From positions 341,062,001 to 341,126,000 of the forward strand of contig CM075977.1 in NCBI GenBank assembly GCA_038087875.1: a DNA stretch of 64,000 nucleotides, in the 5' to 3' direction. This DNA comes from Malacoraja senta (Eukaryota). Position 1 is the stretch's first letter. Each line of letters starts with the position of its first letter. The notes beneath the pieces were generated by a model. The model had not been told where the DNA came from. It saw only the letters and a program-made list of their open reading frames with translations, and made no database searches. Shown here piece after piece: positions 1-13,279 of the stretch. Position numbers and translations under genes: made by a program.

Positions 1-1778
1 CACACATAAAGTATTTGCTAAAACAAATATAAATACTGCATCCATTTTAAGTTTACTCATTATTTTGCTTTGATAACATTTTTGGTCACAAACTTAATTA
101 AATCATATGATAACAATCCCGGTGTAGCAAACACTGTCGGCGAGTTTCACTGTCCATTGGTTGTTTAAAACATTTGAAATCGACAAGAAATTGTTGGAAA
201 GGCAAAACCGGGGTTCAGACCGCATCATTCACACAACGATTCAGGTAACCTTTTGATCCATTTTTCCCCGTATTTGTGTGTATTAAAAAAAAACGTTACA
301 CATTTATAATGATTTGTTTAAATAATGTTGTAGTGTATAGCGAGTTTCTGTAACACTTGGGGAAAGTTTTTAAATGGTTAGCACGAGACTGCTATACGGC
401 TAAACTCAATGTACTTGACAGCTATAATAGCACTTAATCATTAAAATTATTCTCAATTGCGCAGACATGTTCCATTTGCTGTTCCATATCCAGTTTCACA
501 CCTAATGAACTCAAATTACCAACATGCCAACGCTATCACTTTGACATCTATCGCATATCAATGTTATTTATTTCATCAATCATTATATTTTGACTTACCA
601 GCTTATTATTTTGCAAACGTCACTGCAGTAACGTAATAGATCGCTGTTTCAGTTCCTTTGAAATATCGTGAACATTTTGCATCAACGTTTTCAATCATTA
701 TATAACGTAAAGGCCATTTTGGCGCGAATATTTTCCCTTATATTCAGGCAAATCTCAACCTAACGGATTTGTTGGCCTTCGAGAACCTATTGTGTTTGTT
801 TTTTTAATGAATTAAATGGATGTATTTTTCTATATTCCTATAAAAAAAATTGCGTTTGCCTTCAGCACAAAGTTTCTGTCTTCTCCCGATTCTGACCTAT
901 TCCAGATTTCAAATTCTCTGCTTGCTCTCTCTGATTGTCAATAATGCGCCAAGCGAGCACAGTATACATTGATATTAGTCGAATTGTACGTATCCACTTG
1001 AAAGGGACATGCACTTTAAGGGAAAAGGCGGAAATGTCTCCACTGAACTTGTCCGGAGTTTGCAGCTTTTTCTATACATCATAGTAGCATTAATTTATAT
1101 ATCTGTTAAGCCCACAGTAAATATCTGTATCTGTTTCGTGAAGTTCGATACCTGCAGCTCGAACATTTATTTCCAATGCTTAAAATATGAACGGTGCTTG
1201 AGTGTGATAATTTTCTACATAATTAAATTGGATCATCTTCATTTGTAATTGAATCCGCAGATCTGTTGATCTTATTTGATTAAACTATAGCTGCAATTGA
1301 CTATTTTTATAAACTAGAAATAAACCACGTATTTGTCGAAGCAAATGATTTCTAATTTTATCTTCTGTAAATCTACAGACAAAATATAGACATTGGGATT
1401 TCGTTTTTTTCCTGTGAATTGTTTAAATACTGGATGGTACATTTAGAAGCTGTTGGATAGTCATTCACGGCACGCTGTGGGTTTTCAGTCTCGTGACGGT
1501 TAGTGGAGAGATTTTAAGAAATCAAGTTCGTATATGGATTAGATAACAAAAACAGACAGCAAGAGGAACTCAAGGGGTCTGTGGGGAGAAATGGACAGTC
1601 CACAATTTGGGTCGGGACCCTTCCTGTGGATTCCGCAGATGCTGCCCGACTCGCTGACTTCACCCGACAGCTTGCATTAAAAAAAACCTGATTCCAGCAT
1701 CTGTATTTCTTTCTGTATTTCTACTAACTGGATTGACCGGAGAGACTTAAAACATAGATACAACATAGAAACGTGCAG

Positions 1779-1950
1779 ATAGACACAAAATGCCGGAGTA
1801 ACTCAGCGGGACAGGCAGCATCTCTGGAGAGAAGGAATGGGCGACGTCACCAGTTCCTTCTATCCAGAGATGCTGCTTGTCCCGCTATTACTCCAGCATT
1901 TTGTGTCTATCTTCGATTTAAACCAGCATCTGCAGTTCTTTCCTACACGC
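1779..1950. mobile_element. Penelope-derived palindromic short element with 12-bp TSD
   Basis: Arms of about 68 bp (1777-1845 and 1846-1912) are inverted around GACGTC. AGAAACGTGCAG is duplicated at 1767-1778 and 1951-1962. Same family as 12656-12753 and 62853-62946. Confidence 0.75.
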
Positions 1951-2600
1951 AGAAACGTGCAGCACAGGAACAGGCCTTTCGCCCCACAACGTCTGTGCTG
2001 AACATCATGCCAAGATAAATTCATCTCATCTGCCTGTGCATGATTCCTACCCTTCCATCCTCTGCGTGCCCTTGCGCGTTTCAAAAAACCTCTTAAACGA
2101 AACCATCGCATCTGCACCATCATCCCTGGCAACGCGTTCCAGGCACCCATCACCCTATGTGGGAAGATTACAGAAGGTAGAACATGGAACATTGAACAGT
2201 ACAGCACAGGAACAGACCCTTCAGCCCGTAATGTCTGTGCCGAACATGACGCCAAGACCTCTGCCTGCACATATTCCTCCATTCCCTGCATGTCAATGTC
2301 TTTTAAATGCCACTATCGTATCTGTCTCCACCACCATTTCCAGCGGCGCGTTCCAAACACTCGCCGTCCTCTTGTGCAAAAAACCCTGCCCCGCACATCT
2401 CTTTTAAACTTTGCCCCTTTCATCTTAAAGTTATGCCCTCTAGTCCATGACATTGCCAGTCTGCGCAAAAATGTTCTGACTATCCATCCTACCCTTCCTA
2501 TCTGTGCCTCTCATAATTGTACACACTTCAGGTCTCTCCTCGGCTTCCGACATTCCAGTGAAAACATTCCAGGTCTGTCCATTCTCTCGCATTGTAGCTA
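1951..2600 (-). mobile_element. Old CR1 LINE 3' fragments (two consecutive 3' ends)
   Basis: Degenerate CR1 3' end; the minus-strand ORF contains RVMGAWNALP, resembling the CR1 ORF2 C-terminal RVVxxWNxLP motif. Confidence 0.65.
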
Positions 2601-4581
2601 TGATTTGCTGAATGTGAGGTGTCCCTCAAATTATGTATGGTGTGCATTATCACACCATCTTAACTGCTTCGAAGTGCTAATTAGCTGAGGACTGCCTATA
2701 CGACACGCACATCACTTTTCAACCTTATTCAATCAGAATTTTGAAAGTTATATTGTAATTGATAATGAAGTTTTGACGGCACTCCAGTTTTTAACATGAT
2801 ATGCAATGCCGACTGCTTCAGTTTAAACTAACAGAAGGTTGCGCTTTCACATTCACGACCGATCCAACATTTCGCCAGATCGGATCGTTTGTCCCGCATA
2901 AGGTTAAAAAATCACCGATTTCAGTCATTTCCCCGGCTGCAGCAACGCCAACAGATGGCAATATGTCGACTTTTCATAAAGCCCGTCCAGGTGGCCAGTT
3001 TGAAAAATCCCCCAGTTCCATGAGTAGAAAAAAGAGTGCTCTAAATACACGATGTCTCAAAAGTTAAGGAAACAGTATGTGAAAATTTAATTTGTTAATT
3101 GGCCAGGGGCGTTATTAAAAAAAGCCCACAATTGTTAAGTGCTTTACAAATTATCCCAACACCTGAAATTAGAATAATTCATTGCACATTTGTGTTAACT
3201 GAAATAACGCTCATAAATCGCCCTGATTAAAATGAAATTCAAATTCACAAAATGTTCAAATTATCCCAACAGGGAAGAAAATCTTAATTAATAACAATAA
3301 AAAAAACAGCAGTTCAAGTTGTTAAACTGGGACAAAATTGAGCATCTTTCAATAAATATGAGTTGTTTATTTGTATTAATGTATATATCCCCAAAATAAT
3401 TCCAATTGTTTTATATGTTGTAATTTTTAAGATGTATAGGTGCATTCTACTACATTTTCAATAACATGATAAAATAATTGTGACAAGATATTTATCATTT
3501 CTTTCAAACAGTATAGAACAGCACACAAAATCAAATTAAAATCAAAGTAAATGTCTACTTTTCACAATTGCCTAAAAATAACAAATTATTGATTAAAGTT
3601 TCTATATTATTTTAAGCACCGTGAGAGTTGGTTCATTCTGAACAATTATACTGGACACAGGGACAATTTATCATGTAATTGGGCCTCTTTCCCACTGCCT
3701 TGCAAATTCATGAACTAGACACCCCTTTCACAGAGGTGCTGCCACTTATTCTTACACTTAAAGCTTTCTCATTTGGTTATGTCATTATACTTCAAACATT
3801 GTTTTTGACTACCTCCACTTTACACTGTACTGCTGTTTTGCACTGTTGGATGTAATTATTGTATTTATCATTGCTGTGTGCATTTAGTTTACTCTGTGAG
3901 CATCAGGTGAACAAGGAATTTCATTGCACATTGATGTATATGACAATATGCAATAATATACAATATACACATACCTGAATATATATTTATACATCTGTTT
4001 TGATTTCAAGTTCTTCAGCACTTTTATGTCCACGTCAAGGTAAAGACAGTTGTATTAAACTTTAAAATACAGCTAGGAGCAGTATTATTAAGATCATCTT
4101 TCAACTTTAGATTCAGATCAGAATGCAATAACATCTATTGCCGGGTATGAAAATCTACATTTATTAAGGCATCTGTGATCACACATCTACTACTGTGATT
4201 GCAGAATAATCATCATGCTCTCTTTTACTGGACCTCTCCACAGGTTTGCCTTTATTTATATATATATATATATAACCACATAAGAAACATTTTGAAATTG
4301 AACTTTTTTAGATACTTAAGATAAATGCTGAAAAATGAAAGGTTACACAGGTCCCCAATGACATTTGCCTTAGAGTGCTTTATTAGTTACATTCATAGAT
4401 ATAAAATTAGGTAGACATGTATGCACTATAAAAGTACAATCCAGCTAAAAGGACTCATTTTTCATTTATCCACAATATGGTTTATTCTGATCAAAGCAAA
4501 TACACGTACCAGAAAACTCACGATAAACAAGCTGGCATAAGTAAATCTATATCATATATATTCTACTACAATTAACCAATT

Positions 4582-5088
4582 TTATCTTTCAATACTCCGA
4601 GACTCCTGACGGGCACCCGAAAAAGGGACCACATCACCCCGATCCTGGCCTCTCTCCACTGGCTCCCTGTGCGGTTCCGTATACATTTCAAGATCCTCCT
4701 CTATGTCTACAAAGCCCTCAATGGGCTTGACCCCACCTACATCAAAAGTCTTCTTACCCACCACTCCACCTCCAGGTCCCTCAGATCGGCCGACCTGGGG
4801 TTGCTGAATATCCCGCGGTCTAGGCATAAGCTCAGGGGCGACCGCGCCTTTGCGGTTGCAGCTCCTAGACTGTGGAACAGCATCCCCCTTCCCATCAGAA
4901 CTGCCCCCTCCATCGACTCCTTTAAGTCAAGACTAAAAACGTATCTATACTCCCAAGCCTTTCTTGACGTCCTCTGAGCGAGGGCTATATGTATATACAG
5001 TATGTATGTAGTTTGTTTGTTTATACTATTCTTATAACAAATGTAAAGCACTTTGGCCAACGAGAGTGGTTTATAAAATGTGCTATAT
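4582..5088 (+). mobile_element. L2-clade LINE 3' fragment; its (CTTGA)n tail resumes at about 7771-7793
   Basis: Encodes HITPILASLHWLPVRFRIHFKILL...RSLRS...RAFAVAAPRLWNSIP, typical of the L2 ORF2 C-terminus; a CR1 is inserted in its 3' tail. Confidence 0.85.
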
Positions 5089-7765
5089 AGAAACATAGAA
5101 ACATAGAAAATAGGTGCAGGAGTAGGCCATTCGGCGCTTCGAGCCTGCACCGCCATTCAATATGATCATGGCTGATCATCCAACTCAGTATCCTGTACCT
5201 GCCTTCTCTCCATACCCCCTGATCCCTTTAGCCCCAAGGGCCACATCTAACTCCCTCTTAAATATAGCCAATGAACTGGCCTCAACTACCTTCTGTGGCA
5301 GAGAGTTCCGGAGATTCACCACTCTCTGTGTGAAAAATGTTTTTCTCATCTCGGTCCTAAAGGATTTCCCCTTTATCCTTAAACTATGACCCCTTGCCCT
5401 GGACTTCCCCAACATCGGGAACAATCTTCCTGCATCTAGCCTGTCCAACCCCTTAAGAATTTTGTAAGTTTCTATAAGATCCCCCTCAATCTTCTAAATT
5501 CTAGCGAGTACAAGCGAGTCTATCCGGTCTTTCTTCATATGAAAGTCCTGACATCCCAGGAATCAGTCTGGTGAACCTTATCTGTACTCCCTCTATGGCA
5601 AGAATGTCTTTCCTCAGATTTGGAGACCAAAACTGTATGCAATACTCCAGGTGTGGTCTCACCAAGACCCTGTACAACTGCAGTAGAACTTCCCTGCTCC
5701 TATACTCAAATCCTTTTGCTATGAATGCTAACATACCATTCGCTTTCTTCACTGCCTGCTGCACCTGCATGCCTGCTTTCAACGACTGGTGTACCATGAC
5801 ACCCAGGTCTCGTTGCATCTCCCCTTTTCCTAATCGGCCACCATTTACATAATAGTCTACTTTCCTGGTTTTGCCACTAAAGTGGATAACCTCACATTTA
5901 TCCACATTATACTGCATCTGCCATGCATTTGCCCACTCACCCAGCCTATCCAAGTCACCTTGCAGCCTCCTAGCATCCTCCTCACAGCTAACTCTGCCCC
6001 CCAGCTTCGTGTCATCCACAAACTTGGAGATGTTGCAGTCAATTCCCTCGTCCAAATCATTAATATATATTGTAAATAGCTGGGGTCCCAGCACTGAGCC
6101 TTGCGGTACCCCACTAGTCACGGCCTGCCATTCTGAAAAGGACCCATTTACTCCTACTCTTTGCTTTCTGTTTGTCAGCCAGTTCTCTATCCACATCAAT
6201 ACTGAATCCCCAATACCATGTGCTTTAAGTTTGTATACTAATCTCTTATGTGGGACCTTGTCGAAAGCCTTCTGAAAGTCCAGATATAACACATCCACTG
6301 GTTCTCCCTTATCCACTCTACTAGTTACATCCTCGAAAAATTCTATAAGATTTGTCAGACATGATTTACCTTTCATAAATCCATGCTGACTTTGTCCAAT
6401 GATTTCACCACTTTCCAAATGTGCTGCTATCCCATCTTTAATAACTGACTCTAGCAGTTTCCCCACTACCGATGTTAGACTAACTGGTCTGTAATTCCCC
6501 ATTTTCTCCCTCCCTCTCTTTTTAAAAAGTGGGGTTACATTAGCTACCCTCCAATCCTCAGGAACTACTCCAGAATCTAAGGAGTTTTGAAAAATTATCA
6601 CTAATGCATCCACTATTTCTGGGGCTACTTCATTAAGTACTCTGGCATGCAGCCTATCTGGCCCTGGGGATTTATCGGCCTTTAATCCATTCAATTTACC
6701 TAACACCACTTCCCGGCTAACCTGGATTTAACTCAGTTCCTCCAACTCATTTGACCCGCGGTCCCCTGCTATTTCCAGCAGATTATTTATGTCTTCCTTA
6801 GTGAAGACAGAACCAAAGTAGTTATTCAATTGGTCTGCCATGTCCTTGTTCCCCATGATCAATTCACCTGTTTCTTACTGCAAGGGACCTACATTTGTTT
6901 TAACTAATCTCTTTCTCTTCACATATCTATAAAAACTTTTGCAGTCAGTTTTTATGTTCCCTGCCAGTTTTCTTTCATAATCTATTTTCTTATTAAGCCC
7001 TTTGTCCTCCTCTGCTGGACTCTGAATTTATCCCAGTGGTAGGCTGCTTTTTCTGGCAAATTTGTACGCTTCATCTTTTGTTTTGATACTATCCCTGATT
7101 TCCCTTGTTATCCACGGATGCACTACCTTCCCTGATTTATTCTTTTGCCAAACTGGGATGAACAATTGTTGTAGTTCATCCATGCAGTCTTTAAATGCCT
7201 TCCATTGCATATCCACCGTCAACCCTTTAAGAATCAATTGCCAGTCAATCTTGGCCAATTCACGTCTCATACCCTCAAAGTTACCTTTCGTTAAGTTCAG
7301 AACCCTTGTTTCTGAATTAATTATGTCACTCTCCATCCTAATGAAGAACTCAACCATATTATGGTCACTCTTGCCCAAGGGACCACGCACAGCAAGACGG
7401 CTAACTAACCATTCCTCATTACTCAATACCCAGTCTAGAATAGCCTGCTCTCTCGTTGGTTCCTCTACATGTTGGTTTAGAAACTATCCCGCATACATTC
7501 CATGAAATTCTCTTCCTCAGCACCCCTGCCAATTTGATTCACCCAATCTATATATAGATTAAAGTCACCGTTTATAACTATTTTACCTTTGTTGCATGCA
7601 TTTCTAATTTCCTGTTTGATGCCATCCGCAACTCCACTACTACTGTTAGGTGGCCTGTACACAACACCTACTTGCGTTTTCTGCCCCTTAGTGTTTCGTA
7701 GCTCTACCCATATCGATTCCACATCCTCCAAGCTAATGTCCTTCCTTTCCATTGCGTTAATCGCC
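5089..7765 (-). mobile_element. CR1 LINE, 5'-truncated ORF2 (endonuclease C-terminal part and RT), disrupted
   Basis: ORFs 7477-7752, 7028-7426, 5501-6709 (GVPQGSVLGP, FVDD) and 5185-5448; (CATAGAAA)n tail at the left end. Confidence 0.93.
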
Positions 7766-8169
7766 GCTCTAAATGTGACTTGACTTGACTTGAATACTCA
7801 ATGAAAGATTGAACGTATATTTAAAATACTAAGGTGCTCAGTAGATATGAACATTGTTTGATCCTTTTGAGGTGTCGATCTCTTTTATGGATGCCAGTGG
7901 AAATGGTCCCTACTGGGGTACATTATCCAAAAATAGAAAGTTGCAAAATTCACTGGCAAAATATTTGGAATTATAGGCTCCACCTGGACAATTAAAAAAA
8001 AAAATCCCCAACAGCAGTGAAGCCAGCATATGAGACAATGCAAAACAATATGGTTTAGATGCCTATGTTTACACCATCATAAATGCGATCATTCAAAGTA
8101 CAATCTGGGTTTGCACTGTAGTCAGTTATTTCAGTAAATCACTATGATTTACAATCTATCTTTAAATTA

Positions 8170-8440
8170 AAGGATGTTCTTTTAGGAAGGAGCTGATGAG
8201 GAAGTTCTTTAGTCAGAGGATGGTGAATCTGTGGAATTCTTTGCCACAGAAGGTTGTGGAGGCAAAGTCAGTGGATATATTTAAGGCAGAGTTAGATAGA
8301 TTCTTGATTAGTATGGGTGTCAGAGGTTATGGGGAGAAGGCAGGAGAATGAGGAGGGAGAGATAGATCAGTCATGATTGAATGGCAGAGTAGACTTGATG
8401 GGCCGAATGGCCTAATTCTAATCCTATCACTTATGATCTT
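8170..8440 (+). mobile_element. CR1 3' end fragment
   Basis: GTGAATCTGTGGAATTCT and GGCCGAATGGCCTAATTCT motifs shared with the other CR1 3' ends. Confidence 0.8.
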
Positions 8441-8611
8441 ATGAAAACACATCATATGTGGCTTTATTTCCATTTTGGGAGCAGATGTGGCTGAGATGGA
8501 GAAATTGAGAGCAAGAGATTGACGAAGAAAGCCATGGTGTAGCAATGGGCACTCACAAACCTTTCTTTTTGTTGGTTACATTGATTGGTTTTGTTGGTTA
8601 CATTCTTTACA

Positions 8612-9482
8612 TTCCAGTGGCGCTGCGAGTCCGCTGCCTCGCCTGCAGCGGGTTCGTTGTTTCGACTTTTTTTGTTTTTTTTAGTATGTCGAAAAGTATG
8701 TTTTAGTGTTTCTCTGTCTGTCTTGTGTGGGGGGTGGTGGTGGTGGTGGTGGTGGTGGGGGGAAATAGGGGGAAATCGTTTTCAGGCACCTACCTCGACG
8801 GAGATGCAAATTTCTTCCCTGTCGCTTCTTCGCCCCCCTCCTTACACCTGGTTTGGTGAAGCCTTTCCTGGAGTCGGGCCCAGAGCTTTAGCGGTGGCGC
8901 AGCGGGGACTTTAACATCGCGGATCCAGAGCGTCAGCACAGTGGGGTCTTTTAACATAGTGGACCCCCTTGCCGGGGGTCACCAGAGAGGCGCTCCGACC
9001 GCTGGCAGCGGGCCTACAATATCTTGGAGACTCAGTCGGTGGAGCTTCTGACGGCAGGTGTGGAGCAGACCTTCCATCGTGGAGTGGGCGATCCCTCATT
9101 GGAGGTCGATGAAGAAGAGCTTCGACCGCCGGCCTGCGGCCTACAACATCTGGAAGCCGCGGTCTCTGATAAGGAGGTGGCCGATTTGGGAGCTCCGGGT
9201 GTGCTCGACCTGTCCCGACGTCGGTGTTCCGACCATCCCGACCAGAGTGCTTGAACATTGGGCCGTCCATAGCGGCGACTACGGAGAGTCATGGCCCCGA
9301 CCACGCGTGAACAAGGGGGGAGGAGGAGGACTGTATTGCCTTCCACCACAGTGGAGAAAGCTGTGGTGGATGACTGTGTTGAATTATGTTGTGTATTGTG
9401 TCCTTTTATAATTGTAACGCTGCATGGTAAATTACATTTCACTGCACCTTATGGTGCATGTGACAAATAAATTTGAACTCGA
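8612..9482 (+). mobile_element. GC-rich non-autonomous retroposon (about 0.9 kb, unclassified)
   Basis: Layout of GC-rich head, T-rich tract, G tract, CpG-rich body and TGACAAATAAA tail; the same layout occurs at 59540-60447 on the minus strand. Confidence 0.55.
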
Positions 9483-9779
9483 ACATTCGTTGTTCCAAAC
9501 ATACCCTGGAAGTCTAAAGAAGGCTCCTGACCCAAAATGTCTTCCATTCATTTCCTCTGCAAATATTGTCTCACTCGTTGAGTGCCTTCAGCATTATATG
9601 TCTTGGTCAAGATTCCAGCATCTACAGATTCTTGTGTCTTCAAAAATTGGCAGGAAATCTATTCCTATTAAAAAAAAATTAACAATAAACTTTATTCATG
9701 ATAAAAAATAAGCAAAACTCTTGATAATTTCTTAGTGTCTATATATTCAATATCACTAGTGTTATACCCAATAGTGAGC

Positions 9780-10010
9780 ACTTCTGCCTGTATGAAGTTT
9801 GTACATTCTCCCTGTGACTGTTTCGGTTTCCTTCAGGTGCTCTGGTTTCCTCCAACATCCAAAGAGATTTGTAATTTAATTGGCCTCTGTAAATTGCCTT
9901 GCCAGTAGGGAGTGGATGTGAAAGTGGAATAACATAAAATTAGTGTGAATGAGTGATCGTGGACTCAAGGGCCTGTTTCCATGCTGTATCTTTCAATCAA
10001 TCAATCAATC
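9780..10010 (+). mobile_element. tRNA-type SINE (HE1-like), partial, with (TCAA)n tail
   Basis: GTTTGTACATTCTCCCTGTGAC and GGGCCTGTTTCCATGCTGTATCT motifs, shared with the copies near 15010, 29345 and 36020. Confidence 0.65.
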
Positions 10011-10418
10011 AGGGCAGTCTGCTCAGGGAACCTCCCTATGATCCATCGACTTCATCCCACAGTGCTTGCAAGATGCTCTGTGCTGACCACTGCCTGATGT
10101 AGTTGTAGTCAAGGGTGTGGTCTGGATTATCTTCCAATCACTCTGTTAAGTGATTCACAAAGCCAAGTTTCCGGTGGTAATAATTCATTAACTCACACCC
10201 AGTAAAAATAAGTTGATACAATCAAAAATATAAACCAATTTTTGCAACAAATATATTATCATATTTTTGAACAACTAAATTCCCTGCTGCAATATCACAG
10301 ATGTGTTTGATGTATCTCTAACTTTTTAATATATTTACAAAATGTATTTACTTAGAATTACTCGGTAAATCATGTTTTTTGCATAATTATTCAATGGATA
10401 CTAAAAGGTACCAAATTA

Positions 10419-10942
10419 ACATAGAAACATAGAAAATAGGTGCAGGAGGAGGCCATTCGGCCCTTCGAGACAGCACCGCCATTCATTGTGATCATGGCTG
10501 ATCGTCCCCTATCAATAACCCGTGCCTGCCTTCTCCCCATATCCCTTGCCTCCACTAGACCCTAGAGCTCTATCTAACTCTCTTAAATCCATCCAGTGAC
10601 TTGGCCTCCACTGCCCTCTGTGGCAGGGAATTCCATAAATTCACAACTTTCTGGGTGAAAACGTTTTTTCACACCTCAGTCTTAAATTACCTCCCCTTTA
10701 TTCTAAGACTGCCCCGGGTTCTGGACTCGCCCAACATTGGGAACATTTTTCCTGCATCTAGCTTGTCCAGTCCTTTTATAATTTTATGTTTCTATAAGAT
10801 CCCCCTCATCCTTCTAAACTCCAGTGAATACAAGCCTAGTCTTTTCAATCTTTCCTCATATGACAGTCCCGTCGTCCCAGGGATCAATCTCGTGAACCTA
10901 CGCTGCACTGCCTCAATCACAAGGATGTCCTTCCTCAAATTA
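10419..10942 (-). mobile_element. CR1 3' fragment
   Basis: ACATAGAAACATAGAAAATAGG tail; close to 57668-58180 in sequence. Confidence 0.9.
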
Positions 10943-12655
10943 AGTGATGGCCAATCCTTTTATTTCATGAACTCTGTATGATATATAATATAGCCTATGA
11001 ATGTGAACATGAAACTTAATTTATTGAATATTATTGCAATGTTTGAGCTCACTCATAGTAAAAATAATGCAGACGTGCAAATAACCTCTATCTGCCATAG
11101 TTTACTATATCTGCACTTCAAATATGAAACAGGAATTGTACTTTCATTAATAGGGCATGTTATTGGCACTTGGTAAAATATATTTTCCACATTCTTTATT
11201 AAGCTGTATCAAGGTTTAGATTCAACAGTTCACAAATAAATGGTCAAAATAAAACTTGAGCAATTCAGATTTTGTTCACACATGTTTATATATGGGCATA
11301 CAAACATGAAAGACTCTCTGTTCAACAGTTTTTCCTATGCAGCTATTTGGCTGTCATCACTATCATTTATTTCATTCACTCTCTCAGTGGTGCGGCAAGA
11401 CAGAGTTAGCAATAGACTTTGTAAGCGGTTTAATAGTTATAACTAAATTGTTACCAAATATAGGAAATATATTGATGTAATTTGCTCATAGATATTTATT
11501 AAATAAATTGACCATAGTTCACTGGAATGTATATAATGTGGAAAATATTTAAATGCACTACCATATTTTGTGACTAAGATCTATAGAATATGTTCTTTCT
11601 AATGTCTCCCTTTATAAACAACCATAATGCACAATTCAATTTCACAGTTTAGCTGTAACATATTCTCAAAGGCTTCTATTTTGTTTTACAGCAGTGTCTT
11701 TCAAGAGCAATTTACAGTTGCACCGTATAGCTGGATGGTTGTGCTTTTATGTGATGTGAATTTGGTAGAGACTTCTAAGCTTAATATTGTACATGTTGAT
11801 TTTTCTGTTGGAACTGGCATAGTTTTGTTTTGGAGACAACTTGATGAAAGAAAAACAAGATTGAACTGGAAATGCATAAAAGAACATGTAAAAATAGAAA
11901 TAAACATTTTTTACATATAATTCTAGCTTAACATTTCTATTCAAATAGTTATTAACTGATCAATGGGCAGTGCACAGTAACACTAACAAAGAAACTCCAC
12001 TGATGCAAAGAAAGTAAGTGCAAGGAATATAATCTCAATTTAGCTGCCATTGGCAGTGAAGCAAAGGTATAGCACAATATTAGAACTGAGCCTTACATAA
12101 TGGAATTACATGAAGAATACTATTTGTAATCCGTGATTATCAGATGACATCCATTATTTTTAAAAGCAATTTTATATCAACTGGGAGTGATATAAACTAG
12201 AACATGACAAAGATAATATGGCGAGAGAAAGGAGAGAGAAAAAAATATGGTGAGATTGAGAGCAATAAAAGTAAACACCAAAATGGAAACAAAATTAAAA
12301 TAGAAGAGAAAGTAAAAAGTTTTTGGGAAGTGAGTGATTTTTTACAGTGTGATGTATGAGTATGAATATAGATTATGCATTAGTTTGAAGAGATTTAATT
12401 TTACTATTGCTTTGTCGGAGCATCAGTGTTGAGGAAGGAAACCTTATTTGAACAGGTTGAGCCCAAAGTGTGTGAAAGCCCAGAAGAGCTGGTGCCCATC
12501 CCTCCCCTGCATAGTCCAGGTTAAAATATGAACACCCGAGGGAAATATGTGCCTCTAGCTATTACTTTTGTGTTTATATGATTATGAATTATTAGATTTG
12601 ACGCATGTGCCAGAATGAAACAGTTTTACTGCAGGAGAAATAACAATCAAATATA

Positions 12656-12753
12656 ATGTCTGAAGAAGGGTCTCGACCCAAAACGTCACCCATTCCTTCT
12701 CTCCAGAGATGTTGCCTGTCCCGCTGAGTTACTCCAGCTTTTTGTGTCTATCT
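12656..12753 (+). mobile_element. Penelope-derived 98-bp insertion carrying a mutated hammerhead motif, with 13-bp TSD
   Basis: CTGAAGAAGGGTCTCGACCCAAAACGTC (GAAA changed to AAAA); ACAATCAAATATA duplicated at 12643-12655 and 12754-12766. Confidence 0.8.
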
Positions 12754-13279
12754 ACAATCAAATATACGGTGCTGGTCAGTCAGCAGACAAGTTAACTTTT
12801 CTGCTGAGATCCTTCATTAAACCCACATGGACAGGAAGACAGCCTCTTTGCAGGATCAGCCAAAAACATGAATTCAGAGAAGAAGAATTTTATTACATTG
12901 TGATTTATGGGCAACATTTTTAAGAGGGTATCACAAATTGCAAAATCAACAATTGTGGACTAAACAAATATACTCCCCACCAAGATACAGCGTATTGGCA
13001 CCTCTAAAGAAATTAAAACAAGATTTTTCAAATTATGAAAGGATTACTAAAGTTTAAAAAATAAAAAATTCTTAATTAAGTTATTTAGTACATCTCTTGA
13101 ACAGCTTAAGCATTTTATAGGACATCAATCTGCCATAGACACCTACAGAAATGAACGATATGCGTAATGCACCTTTTTGTCTACAAAAGTGCATTTTTAA
13201 ATATATTAAACTTATAGATGTGTGGTCAGTTGCGTGGAAATGGACAAAAATAGCTGTACTTCTTTAAATCAGTTTTTTT

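Noticed and set aside
1009-1248. Short ORFs in unique AT-rich DNA (also 11240-11944 and 32145-34943) as exons
   Set aside because: No recognisable protein similarity or consistent splice structure; no NKX3-2 coding sequence is visible in the window.
5571-6275. Antisense ORFs recurring in every CR1 copy (e.g. MPLKWITSHLSTLYCIC...)
   Set aside because: Shadow frames of CR1 ORF2; the recurrence reflects repeat homology.
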